This document shows, piece by piece, positions 51,320 to 63,825 of a stretch of 64,000 nucleotides of DNA. Every line of letters begins with the position of its first letter. Within the stretch, counting starts at the first letter, position 1. The DNA is from Octopus sinensis. Lineage: Eukaryota. Under the pieces are notes generated by a model. It was not told where the DNA came from and ran no database searches. It saw nothing but the letters and a program-made list of their open reading frames with translations. Both the position numbers and the translations under genes were made by a program. The stretch spans positions 86,118,001 through 86,182,000 of the forward strand of contig NC_043000.1 in the NCBI RefSeq assembly GCF_006345805.1. Direction: 5' to 3'.

Positions 51320-52272
51320 TTTATATGTTTAATTCTTTAATTGAAAATAAAACACAAGTTTTAAACACAAACTGATTTATTCAACCAATAATATAATTAC
51401 TGTTTTGTTCTAGTATCTTCTGCAATTTTGCGAGCAGATCCATTATTCCTAGCTCAAAGAATTTCCTGTCTTTACTGGCAAAAAGGTTTTCTAGGTGAAG
51501 TTTTACATCCTCTTCAGTATTGAAGGTGTGGCCAGGCAATGGATTTGAGAGAAACAAGTGAAGATCTGAAGGTGCAAGGTCAGATGAATATGGAGTGTGT
51601 GGCAAAACCTCCCAGCCAAGCCCCAGTAACTTCTGTTGTGTTGCAAACAAGTGTGTGGTCTGACATTGTCATAATGAAAGACAATGCCCTTATGATTAGC
51701 AAGTGCTAAGTACTTCTGGTGAATCACTGCATTTAATTTGTCCAGCTGGTTACAGTACACATCTGAATTGTCCATGGGATGAAGCTTGTGAAAGACAACA
51801 CTTCCATTTCCACCAAATTGAAAGTGTAACCTTCTTTAGGTGAAGTCCTGTTTGGAGGTGGTTTTTGGTCATTTACCACTCTACTCCCATGACCATTTGC
51901 ACTTCACATTGTTACACATAGTCCATTTTTTTACCCTGTCACTATTCTCTTCACAAAAGTATGGTTTTCCTCATGTTTCTGATTGAAATCTTGAAAACTT
52001 CTTCTGGCTCATACATTCTGTAATAGCATCTTCTCCATACACAAAACATATCTTCCTGCAGGTTTCTGCTGCTTTCTTGCCTTTTTTTAAGTAAAAAAAA
52101 CTATGAGGTGTTGATAATGTTCATTTTGATTCTCTATTTTCAGAGTGATCCCAAGCACATAAAATACAACCTGTGTTGCTAAACTATAACAGACAGACTG
52201 AAGTTAGCTACTTAATAGAGTGACGCAAGTTTAGTGTTGACAAAAATTGAATGGACTTTTTGGCCAACCCTA
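51320..52272 (-). mobile_element. Degenerate mariner element, mellifera-subfamily-like, internally deleted, 3' TIR lost
   Basis: 5' TIR TA|TAGGGTTGGCCAAAAAGTCC. N-terminus (I)ENQNEHYQHLIVFF/YLKKGKKAAETCRKICFVYGEDA; catalytic region LANHKGIVFHYDNVRPHT / QQKLLGLGWEVLPHTPYSSDLAPSDLHLF. Length <1 kb versus ~1.3 kb for full mariners. Confidence 0.9.
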
Positions 52273-52276
52273 TATA

Positions 52277-52316
<40 letters not shown>

Positions 52317-53209
52317 TTGCATACATAGTTATGTTGTTAAGAAGCTTTCTCCCAACCGTGTGGCTTCAGCTTCATTCCCACTGTATGGTACCTTAAGCAG
52401 GAGCGCTTTTGACAATGTCTAAAGCATTGTGACTAGATTTGTTATATAGAAACTGAAAGAAGTCCAGTGTGTGTGTGTGTGTGTGTGTGCATGCATACAT
52501 ACATACCATACATACATACATATATGGTGGGGATTGTTTGTTTCTCCTTGTTTGACATCACATGATAATTGTAAATGAGCACTACCATCATACAGGCAAT
52601 GTTCTTCATTTCTAATCTTTGAAGACATGTTGAGTCATATGGAAATATTATCTTGCTTGGAAACAGGTAAGAATCAGCAACACGAAGACCATCTGATCAT
52701 AGAAAATCTGCCTCTACTTATTTTATTTAACCTATGCAAGCATGGAAAAATGGAAGTTAAAATAATGATGATGATGATGATGATGATGGTATTACTTGTT
52801 ACATGTGTAGAGATTTTGCAAAAAAGGAAAACAAAAAAAAAACGATTTTTGAATTCTCTAAGAATTTCTACAGATTTATATAAAATTACATTTCTAGGGA
52901 AAGGTAATTTGAAGATATCTTGGTTTGAACTTATGCTGAACTTCTGAACAAAGATTTGGGCTTGGAGAGTTGTATTTCAAGGAGAGAATCTGGGAATGGA
53001 ATTCATGATAAAGAAGTTATTTGTGTGTTGGCAATGATAATGTATATCTTAAATTAACTTTTGTTTTGGTTGATAGATATTTTTAAAAGATATTTTTTGT
53101 TGATACAGATTTTTAAAAATTAAATTTGGGTCATGTCACATGAAGATCAACCTTTGCCTTTTATATGACTTGTATTGTATGAAATAGTATTTTGCATTTT
53201 GTTGCATAT

Positions 53210-53420
53210 CATCGTCGTCGTCATTGCCGTGTTCATCGTCGTCATCATCGTCATCATCATGTAACGTCCTTTTTACCATACTGGAATGGGTTGGACAGTT
53301 CAACATAAACAGATGAGCTAGAGGACTGCACCAAGTTCTAATGTCTACTTTGGTATGGTTCTACAACCTGATGCCCTTCCTGATGCCAACCACTTCACAG
53401 AGTGTTATGGATGCTTTTAT
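53210..53420 (-). mobile_element. SINE family C 3' part
   Basis: catcatcatgtaacgtcc...gatgcccttcctgatgccaaccacttcacag. Confidence 0.75.
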
Positions 53421-53657
53421 GTGGAATATAGAATCAAGGGATAAAAGCTGAATGGAATATAGAATCAAGGGATAAAAACTATTGAGTTTATTTCTTATGA
53501 AAGGAATTTAAAATGTAACTCAAGTCTGTCTTCATTTTACTGTTTCCTTGTATAAAATGGCAATTAGTTATTTAGTAGTTGTGATGAGAATGCATGAGTT
53601 ATAATTGTTCAACACAAAATGATTTTCTTCTTGTTCTTCTCCTTCTTCTTGGTCTCC

Positions 53658-53706
<49 letters not shown>

Positions 53707-53707
<1 letters not shown>

Positions 53708-54173
53708 GCTAGCACATGATAATTTAGTTAGCAGGTATTTTATCTTGATGTTTGGTGACAACAGGTCTCCTCCAATCTCAAGAATTTTTCTTAGGGTTCT
53801 TGCAGAATATAGGATGGTGCTTTTCTGCAGATCGACAATGCAAGGTTCAATTCAAATCTCTTTCAGTCTTTTAGGTTGCATTTTGTCAAGTGCACCATGT
53901 CTATAAGAATTATTGTTGTCTTGGTCTTCCACAGTCTCCTTAGTCCTCTGGCTAGATCCTGGTATATCTCAGTTTTTTTTCTATTTCTTTGGTACTGACT
54001 CTACTATCATAGAGAATTGCAAAATTTATGATCTTGCTCTGTTTATTTTGTCTTCTATAATCATGTCTGGTTTTCTTGCCTCAATAGTATGATCAGTCTT
54101 TATGGTGAAGTCCCACAAGATCTAGTAATTCTCATTTCATATCACAGCTTCTGGTTCATGTTCATACCACTTT
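53707..54173 (-). mobile_element. 3' end of an R4/Dong-type LINE (RLE domain) ending in (AAT)n
   Basis: KWYEHEPEAVI, ILWDFTIKTDHTIEARKPDMII, YQDLARGLRRLWKTK, LQKSTILYSARTLRKIL; (ATT)n at 53661-53706 on the 3' side. Confidence 0.85.
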
Positions 54174-54205
54174 AAAATCATTATGAATGCTTTTCAAACT
54201 GACTA

Positions 54206-54732
54206 CAGTGATCCCTCGTTTATCGCAGTAGATTGGTTCCGAGATCAACTGCGATAACTGAATTTCCGTGAAGTAGGGACACCATATTTACAGTATTTAT
54301 TTAACATGTATTTGGACTTTTAAAACCCTCCCTGTACTGTTAACAACCCACCCATTACAGTCTATTAATAACAAGGACAACTGTTAAGCAATAACACTTT
54401 AGATTTTAAAAAATAAAGATTGTTACTGTTACACAGGCCAGATTACAAAATAGAAAGCTGTGATTCATCGTCTCTCTCCATTGCACCAATCACAGCCCAT
54501 CTTAAGTTCAAATACCCCTGTATATACTTTTTTGCTATTTTACGCTTGTTTTGTTGTTCCCAGACTAGGAAATAATATTTATGCTAGCATGGAAAGCGGA
54601 CGTTAAACGATGATGATGATTTTAATGGAGTTAATGAAAAATTTTAGGCATTCATACATATATATATATTTTTAAAATCCGTGAAGTTGTGAATCCGCGG
54701 TAGTTGAACCATGAAGTAGCGAGGGATGACTG
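54206..54732. mobile_element. 527-bp Tigger-like MITE
   Basis: TA|CAGTGATCCCTCGTTTATCGC ... GTAGCGAGGGATGACTG|TA; carries a nested (GAT)n-tailed SINE end at ~54583-54622. Confidence 0.85.
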
Positions 54733-55544
54733 TAGTTCATCATTGTGATAGATACCGTGAGATCTCTTTCAAGATAAGTTTAAAATATAGTATTTTCATC
54801 GCAAGGTAAATTTAACTGCTTGGCTATGTTTGTAACCTCACACACATGTGCACACGCATGCACACAAACATACATATAGAAATCACACACACATGTATAT
54901 GAATCAGTACAATTCATAGTTTTCTATATGACACAGTATCACATGGGATATATTGGTCAGCCAGTTCCGAAACACATAACACAAAAATGATACTAACATT
55001 ATTTATATTAATTTTGAAAACAGAGAGAAAGTTTTCAATGTAAAGGAGAAAACTCTAATTTCTTTCTGTAACATTCATTTCTCTTCTGTAATGGAATCAT
55101 TTAGTACTGGGGTTTTAATTTGGAAAATTTTCAACAGGATGTTAAAAGTTAAGTGCAGTCATTTCTATATGTAGTTGTACACTTGCAACAACTGTAAACA
55201 ATAAGGATGTTCCATATGAAATAGACTATTCAGGTCATATCAGAAAGCTAATCAGTGCCTTTGGTAGTAGAATTTTATAATGCCTTGAAAATGTTTAAGG
55301 AAAATTATCAAAAAAAACTTCTTTGTTGTGTAAAAAATAATTTTTCATATATGTATTAAAGGTGTAATGATGTATGGAAACTTTGAGATAAGAGCAAAAA
55401 CAAAAACTTACAGAAACTGAAAAGAGATTAGGGGTATATTTTTCGAGAGATAAGAAATATATCACTGAAAGTCAAAGTATGTAGGCTAAGGTGCTGGTGT
55501 GGTATGACTGAGTGGGAATATGCATGTAGCATATGCGCATGTGT

Positions 55545-55763
55545 GTATGAGAGAGAGAGAGAGAAGGAGAGAAAGAGAAAGAAAGAGTGGGAGAGAATGA
55601 AAGAAAGGGGGAGGGAGTAAAGAGAGACAGAAATAGGTAGATAACTTGTTTAGATAGGTAGATAAATAGATAAAAGGGAAGAAATAGAAAGGAGGGAGAG
55701 AAAGAGATAGAAAGAGAGTGAGAAAAGGGAGAGACAAAAAGAGAAAGAGAGAGAAAGAGAGAG

Positions 55764-55806
<43 letters not shown>
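55545..55806. repeat. GA-rich low-complexity tract and (GA)n
   Basis: Direct reading; inflates the 192-aa minus-strand ORF. Confidence 0.9.
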
Positions 55807-55813
<7 letters not shown>

Positions 55814-56628
55814 GGTCACACAAATGATCAGGATATGTGAAGATGATAAATGATATGAATTGAGTGGAAAAGTGTTTTCAATGGCAGTCAAGGTAGAATT
55901 AATACAAGAATGGATTAAAGTTGTTATATTTAATCTGAAAGAATTGAAAGAGTATGGGCATATATTAAGAGTGACTGTTAACCTGAATACATTTATCTTA
56001 TTTCTGCATTGAAAAATGGATGGCGTCGACAGAAGAGATATGTTAGTCATGCTAAACCTAGTAGTAAAAGAGTTTTTTTTCTATTAATTTTGTAACTCTT
56101 GAGAGACTAGAATCTCGAAATAATTTTCTTGGCCAGCAGTAGATGGAGCAGTTTAAAAACTTATTCTTCAATGACATTAAAGATTGGACTACATTTTTTA
56201 ACCATCCAGTACCAATAATTTAATTAAAGAATGCTATTTCTAATGATATTTACAATCCAAATCATTATAGCAAATTAGAACTGCTGAAAATTCTGATTAC
56301 TAAATAACTGTTAAGAAGGAACTATATAATTGCAAGTTAGGTCCGAGTTTCATTCCCGAACTAGTCAAAGTGTTGAGCAGGGTACTTCACTTCACATTAC
56401 GTCAGTCAACTCCGCTGAAAACAACTACTATTAATAACTGGGGAGAAGGCCAGTTTAACCCTGTGATAGACTGGCATCTTGTTTAGGAGGAAGTCTTGTA
56501 CTTTTAGTGGCACTCTAGTGGAAACTGAGATAAGATCCAAATTAATAGCCCTATTGGCTCATATATGTTTTCTTTACAACTATTAGATGTTTCTTATAAG
56601 ATTGACATTATCGCTTTTTAGAATTGTT

Positions 56629-56730
56629 CTATGTATGTATGTATGTATGTATGTATGTATGTATGTATGTATGTATGTATGTATGTATGTATGTATGTAC
56701 GTACGTACGTACGTACGTACGTATGTACAT
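56629..56730. repeat. (TATG)n / (TACG)n microsatellite
   Basis: Direct reading. Confidence 0.95.
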
Positions 56731-57320
56731 ATGTATGAATGTACCTACAAATCAATCATCATCATTATCATCGCTTAAACATCTATTTTTCCATGCTTGT
56801 GTTGGTTAAGCAAGAGTTTATTCAGACAGATTATCTATGGTTGGATGCCCTTTCTGTCAGTAACCTTCACTTGTTTTCTTAGCAATGTAATATTTCCCAG
56901 TGGTCAGATATATTTGAACAGAATATTGGAAATAAATGACACTGCTTGTATGACAGCAACACTCATTTACAACTCTGTTTGTGTTTTTATGTGTATGTAC
57001 ACATATATATATATATATATTCTTGTAGACATCTTATATGTATACTCTTTTATACTTATTTGTATACTTCTTACATTTATCTTTGAATACTCATTCCAAA
57101 GTGTCCAACATATTACATATCTTTTTTAACTGTACTTTTATCTAATTTTGTTTCATTTGCAGACACCACTGATGCCAATACAAATGATGACAACGACAAT
57201 GACTTAATCTTTGGTTTTATGTACCAATATGTTAAAATTCTTTTTTGGTGAAGTAATCAATTCTTAAACATTTAATACAAAAATTTAGTTTATTCAATAA
57301 CTAAAATAGAAGGTACTCAC

Positions 57321-57415
57321 CAGATTCAGTCATAGAATGAGGATCAGCGCCTTGTTGCATTAAGTATTCACAGACATCTGCATGTTTCTGCAGTGTTGCT
57401 AAAAACAAAGGAGTT
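57321..57415 (-). CDS. Internal coding exon of an ankyrin-repeat protein (one ANK repeat)
   Basis: Acceptor (t)n-catttctacag and donor CTG|gtgagt; 95 nt, phase 2 in and phase 1 out. Translates x-TPLFLATLQKHADVCEYLMQQGADPHSMTES-x, fitting the ANK consensus TPLHxA...HxxVxxxL..xGADxN. Confidence 0.8.
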
Positions 57416-59611
57416 CTGTAGAAATGAAAAAAAAAAGACTTTTATTTGCAAATATTTTCCAATGACACAATAACCACTATTAAATCATTAGTAAATTTGA
57501 ATATCATTTATAAAAAGAGAGCTTTTCCATGTAGGAATACTTCTAAGTAGTTAACCAGAAAAATTCATAACAGTTCTTTCTTCAGTTGGAATTTAATTAT
57601 TCTTCATCCTTACAAAGAATGGTCAAAATGATTTTTATTTTTGCATTCTAGGAATATATATATTTGAAGTTGTACTCAATGAGTTGCATTTATCTTAATG
57701 ATTTCTGCTATTTTCTGCCCAGAAGTCTATTGTAAACAGTGATGTAACAACACATTAAAAGAACTAAGGTATTAATTTATCTATAAAAAGAAAAATATTC
57801 TAAATAACTCTTATAATGGTATAAAGAAATGGCAACAGAAGAAAAATCAGTGCATTGAAGAAAGAGAAAAAATCAAGTTTGAAATTAACAGATTCCATAT
57901 GGAAAATAGCAGAGTTCTAAACTGAATTCCTTGAAAATATAAAAGATTACTGTTCTGGAGATTATTTTTATTCATAAGTTTGGAACAGATGTGCGCAATA
58001 AGTAGTATACACATTCTATTATTGAGGCAGCAATAACATAGTAGAAGATAAACTAGCAGTGTGGTATTATGGCAGAAATAGATGGAGAGCAAAGAGTGAG
58101 GTAATTAAATTTGACCTAAGAGAATTAGCCATTCAGATAGATACTTATGAAAGTTAGAGAAAAATACTTTACGGTAAATACATCTAAACAATGTCAGACC
58201 AAACCAAAGCAAGTACACAATCTGTTCATAATGATAATAAATTAGAACAAATCTATAAAGTCTAAGATTAGCTTTGAGTTGACCATTATGCTTAAACAAT
58301 TAGTTTAGAAGAAACTCTTGTGACATTGATTTCTCTCCATTCTCTCCACAAAAGAACACTGTTAATCACCATTATCTCTGGCTTTACATCTATTTTCCAT
58401 GCTACTAAGGTTTAATTGGAAGTGAAATGAATTCAGTATTACATAAATACCCCTACTAAATTGAACCCTTTACATACATTACGTCTGTGAAAGATGAAAA
58501 CTATTAGTTTTATTGTAAATATTACCTTCAGGTTAGAGTTAATGATGAAATCATTGGTATAGTTGAAGTTAAAATAACAAAACTTTTTGAATAGTCTGCA
58601 ATTGAACCCTTTTTACCCTATTTTAAAGTCAAACATTATTTACTACATAACACTGTCAATTAATAGTCTAAAGCTATCAAAGTAAACATGGTTTAGAAAC
58701 TCTTTATATTCTTACCATGCATTTGATATTAGCTTGCACTATTTAATTATGCTGTTGATGTCTTCTTTATGTTGCCTGTTTTCTTTTACACCTAAAGCTC
58801 ACTCGATATTGCATTATTGCTAACTGAATTACAATCTATTGCCTGTCAGTAAAATACCCCTTTATAGAAGAATGAAATTATATTTACTGAAAACTGTTAG
58901 AGATAGGAATTGGTTCTTATTAGATTGTTTGGCATGTCTTGCCAGTTTCTGATCCTTCCATTTACTGATTAAGGTCACTTCTCAATCTTTGAAAAATTTA
59001 TTCAGTGTTTTATTGATTTTGCAATCAATACTTGAAACACTTGATAGACTGATTATTTTCTTCTTTTAAATTTGTTACTGTTCACTTTGTACTGAAGTAT
59101 GATATTGAGAAACAATTCAAAATTGAAATTTCTTATTTTCCATACCTTTACTATTGTTTTCAATTTCCATAAGCAGTCTCTATTTGTTGATAGTCTCACA
59201 ATTATATTCTTATTAATAAGAGTTTATTTATAGATTCAATTTTGTTTGAATCTTGGTAATTCTGTAGTTTGAATTCATTACTGATTTATACTGAAACTTA
59301 ACAGTTTTATTTTAAAGACAACTACCAATATAGAAATCTCTATTCTCTACACAAACCTCACTGAAGTGATATGCATTCAGAAAAAAGAAAAGAAAAATGG
59401 AGATAAAATGAAAACTGTAATGCAGATATGACAAGAAGGTGGTTAGTAGAGCAACTATAAAACAAGTAGATAATAACTAAGGATAGGTAAGTAAATGTAG
59501 TTGATGACCAATTCTGCTTTCTTTTTAGATCAGCAAGGATGTGCTTGGCATTAGGACAAGTACCAGAACATACAAATATGGTTGCTATGTTATCAAATGA
59601 ATAAGGCAGCA

Positions 59612-59825
59612 AGCTGGCAGAACTGTTAACATGCTAGATAAAATGCTTAACAGTATTTCGCTTGTTGCTATGTTCTGAGTTCAAATTCCACCAAGGTTGA
59701 CTTTGTCTTTCATCCTTTTGGGGGTCAATGAAATAAGTACCAGTTATACACTTGGGATCGATGCAATCGACTTATCCCTTCCCCCAAAATTTCAGGCCTT
59801 GTGCCTATAGTAGAAATGATTATGT
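59612..59825 (+). mobile_element. SINE family B variant
   Basis: taaggcagcaagctggcagaactg...aaaatttcaggccttgtgcctatagtagaaatga. Confidence 0.85.
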
Positions 59826-59966
59826 CAACAAATGAATGTGCTCTTGTTATTTGCATGATATGGATACAAATGCAATAAGTAAATATAATTTGGATAAAGT
59901 ACAAAGGAACATAACCTATAAAATATTGTTTTTCCATTTAACTAAGATAGTGAATTTGTGAAAAAA

Positions 59967-60196
59967 AGGCGGTGAGTTGGCAGAAACGTTAGCATGCTGG
60001 GTGAAATGCTTAGCAGTATTTCGTCTGCCGCTACGTTCTGAGTTCAAATTCCTCCAATGTCGACTTTGCCTTTCATTCTTTTGGGGTCAATAAATTAAGT
60101 ACCAGTTACATACTGGGGTCGATGTAATCGACTTAATTACTTTGTCTGTCCTTGTTTGTCCCCTCTATGTTTAGCCCTCTGTGAGCAATAAAGAAA
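59967..60196 (+). mobile_element. SINE family B, young copy with perfect 18-bp TSD
   Basis: TAAGATAGTGAATTTGTG at 59943-59960 and 60197-60214. Confidence 0.92.
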
Positions 60197-62044
60197 TAAG
60201 ATAGTGAATTTGTGTATGTTTTACACACTCACAGGCATACATTATGATTTCTAGGACTTGACAGGCTTACCTAAATTTAATGATAATTCAATTCTATTAA
60301 ATGAAATAATCATATAATCCATTCTTTAAGATTTCAGTCATAAATGTTGATACAAAAGCCACTAATTATGATAAAATCATTTGCTTCAAAGTTTAACTGT
60401 GAAGAGGAGGAGTGAAAGGGAGACTAGAAAAAGAAGATATAGAAAAACAAGAGTGACTATGAAACCTTATGCAAGTTAGGCATAAAAAAGATTGTTTTTC
60501 TGCATTTTTAAGCTATTTATGGGTAAACAAAGCATCTCAAGTACTCCATCTCTCAGTAAATTCACCACATACCACATCTCGAGAACTCCTCATGTCCTCT
60601 ACTATATATATATATTAACTTAATACATACCTTAAAATCATGATTAATATTCTTTTATTGTTAATAGCAATGTTAAATCTAATGTTTATCTTGAATGCCA
60701 ACTTTTCTAACCATCTTTCTCATTAATTCTCTACATGTTCATTGTCACAAGACAGTGAGCACTTGGCAATTAAAGGACATTATTTCTGTGTCATCTCTTA
60801 AATAATGGATTCCAACAATGATAAAACTACCATTTACAGTGGTTTTCTTTTTCATTTGTTTTATGATTCTCTAATTTTTTTCTTTATGTATATTCCTTCA
60901 CAAATACATTTTATGTTGTTTGTTTCTCTATAGATCTATCACTTCAGATTTTCTAATTGCAAAGGAAGCAAATTCAAAGAGAGGGAAGGAAGGGAGATAC
61001 AAGAGAGAAAGAGGAGAGAAAAAGCAGGATGTGGTGATGAAAGGAGAGAAAGGCGAGAGGAATTGGGAGGGAAAAGGAAATGTGAGAGAAAAGGATTATT
61101 TTTTTGTTATTGTTCAAAGAATTTAATCACTTGATTCTGTCATTAAATGCTTCTGTCTGCCTGTTTCTGATGGCGCCAAAACAAACTGCTTCAGGAGAAA
61201 TGAGCTTTCAATTCAGTTTATATCCTTAAAGTTGAGAAATCTTCTCTCTAACGAACAACACACAAATTTCACTGTTGCTGCACTTAATAAGAAAAATTAA
61301 CAATCCAGTTTGCATATAATGCTTCAAGGCTTCCAACATGAGATGCTAATATTGTTTCTTATAGAATTTAACTAACTTGCAACATTTTCTTTTTTACCTC
61401 ATCAGATATCATTTCAATTCAAAATTTTAGCAAGTTAAAAATATTAGGAAGAATTTCATAGGAAATGCAGTCAAATGACTGAAACAAGTAAAAAAGTAAA
61501 AAGAGAGTAAAGAGATATTTACCAAAGAAAAATGGAATGAAGAATACACAAAAGCTTCTTCTCTATTGCTTCTCATTTATTCTTAAGTTTGTGAGTGGAT
61601 ATTTTGAACACTTGCATTACTGCACTTATCTCCTTGTACTTCCAGATCTACTTATATTTCCTACAACTTCCCCCTCCTCTCCTCTTCCAAACTGTTTTTC
61701 ATCATTGACCATATCTCCACTTGCATTCACCTCTATCCCCATCTCTAACCATCTGTAATTCTTTTTACTCTTTCATCAACTTAACCACACTCCCTTTCCA
61801 ATACACTATCTATTCTCTCTTATATTCATCTTCTTGTACTTTGAAGGTATTCCCTGACACCTCATGACCACAATCTTTTCTTTCTTTCAAAGTGGGATAG
61901 CCACATATCCCCTCTACAGCAAGACACCTGTGCTTCTTCAGCTATCGTATTTTAATCTCTCAAGACCTTCCATAAAGCCACCTCTCTCTATTACACCCCT
62001 ACTCAGTTGAAGAGCCTTGTATTGTTAGTTACTTCATAACCACA

Positions 62045-62225
62045 CTAGTGCCAATGCCACAAAAATGTACCCAATCTATTCAGTAATGTGGATAGTGTTA
62101 GGAAGGGTACCCAGCTGTAGAAACTGCCAAAGCAGACACTGGAGCTCAATGCAGGCCTCTGGCTTGTTGGATCCTATTAAACCGTCCAACCCATGCTAGT
62201 GTGGGACATATATGTTAAATAATGA
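62045..62225 (+). mobile_element. SINE family C 3' part
   Basis: gttaggaagggtacccagctgtagaaactgcc...aaaccgtccaacccatgctag. Confidence 0.7.
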
Positions 62226-62629
62226 AAATAGGTTGTCAGACCAATTGTTTTTGATAGCTACGAGCCCTTTTTATTTTTAATCATTCATAAATAACGAGTA
62301 AAACTTGTGAGACAAACTGAGAAAAATACTTCCCTTACCAAAGCATGAGGGAATGTCTGATAAAGTTTAAAATCATGATTTTCAGACAATAGTCTATCAC
62401 AATATTTCATAATCTTTTTATTAATGAAGAACCTTTGAAATACACTCCATGTCACCAGAAGTTCCCCACATAAATATTATTGTATGTCATCAGCATTTAG
62501 TGGCCATTAAACTATGATACTGATAATGTTGGGAAGCAATGTGTATGTATGTATATATATACATATATATATATATGGTTGAGGTGTGTTCCATTAAGAA
62601 CGTATTAGAGTACAAATAGAGATGTATGT

Positions 62630-63040
62630 TATATCGGTGTGTAAGTGATTGTATAAGTATGAGCTAATGGATGAGTGTATTTCGTGTAATAATACAATTT
62701 GGCATGTGCAGAATAACATGTGAAACTAAATAAACAGACAATGTGCACATTGCCGATCATGTCGAACATGTAACAACACACTCATAGCAAGCAGATTGAA
62801 ACCGTCAGCATTTGTTAGTTTCAAAGGAGCCATGGATGTAATAGCATTGAAATCAAAATTTACTTGCGGAGACAGTGATTAATATCGCCCGAGGAGATAC
62901 GTATGGATCTTATTATACAGGGAAATCGTTACCTAATTTAATTTAATTAAAATTTAAATTTAAATCCTGTATATATATGTAGATCTATATGTATCGAAAC
63001 ATTTGTAGTGATCATTAAAAAGCTGCCTAACCGTACTTAC
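62630..63040. promoter_or_regulatory. CpG-retaining unique sequence, possible promoter or first exon
   Basis: About 12 CpGs counted in ~400 bp of non-repeat DNA versus very few in comparable unique stretches; lies 5' of the ankyrin exon on the minus strand. Confidence 0.3.
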
Positions 63041-63077
63041 TCTTCCTTTTGACTCTTTTACTCTTTACTTTTTTATA

Positions 63078-63169
<92 letters not shown>

Positions 63170-63419
63170 AGCTGTCTAAGAGTCCATAAGTCAGGAAAAA
63201 ATGCATCTGTTTATCTGTCGATAGAGTGGGTATATTATCCGAAGTGTACAGTATTATACATCTGTAATGGCTAAATAATACTGTACACTTTGGATAATAT
63301 ATATATACATATGTACATATGTACTTATGTACGTACATATGCATCATGTATGTATGTATAAATCATATATGTGTAAATATAAATTATATATATATATATA
63401 TTATATCTTATATCTTTTA

Positions 63420-63720
63420 TCTTTTACTTGTTTCAGTCATTAAACTGCGGCCATGCTAGGGGATCACTTCAAAGAATTTTTAATCAAATGAATTAACCCC
63501 AGTATTGAATATTTGCTGAACTGCTAAGTTACAGGGGCATAAACACACCAACACTGATTGTCAAACAGTGATAAGGGACAAACAAAGAGACAAAGACACA
63601 CACACATAGATATGTATAAACACAATGGATTTTTTTAGTTTCCATCAACCAAATCCACCCACACAGCTTTGGTTGGCACAAGATAGTAGCAGATATTTGC
63701 CCAAGGTGTGATGTACTATA
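63420..63720 (-). mobile_element. SINE family A, diverged
   Basis: cttttacttgtttcagtcattaaactgcggccatgc...aaatccaccc...gcccaaggtg. Confidence 0.75.
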
Positions 63721-63825
63721 TTGCCAACTGAATGATGCCAAATTAGAGTAAAATGTTCACCAAATCAATAATGATGCGGTTAGATACTTTATTATACATT
63801 ACATATTATTATAAATTATATATTA

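Noticed and set aside
55472-56050. 192-aa minus-strand ORF
   Set aside because: More than half is translated (CT)n low complexity; the rest has no recognisable motif.
60271-60397. Minus-strand segment with good acceptor and AG|gtaagc donor upstream of the ankyrin exon
   Set aside because: Stops in all three frames from the acceptor, and the internal ATG frame ends in phase 1, incompatible with the phase-2 ankyrin exon; at most a UTR exon.
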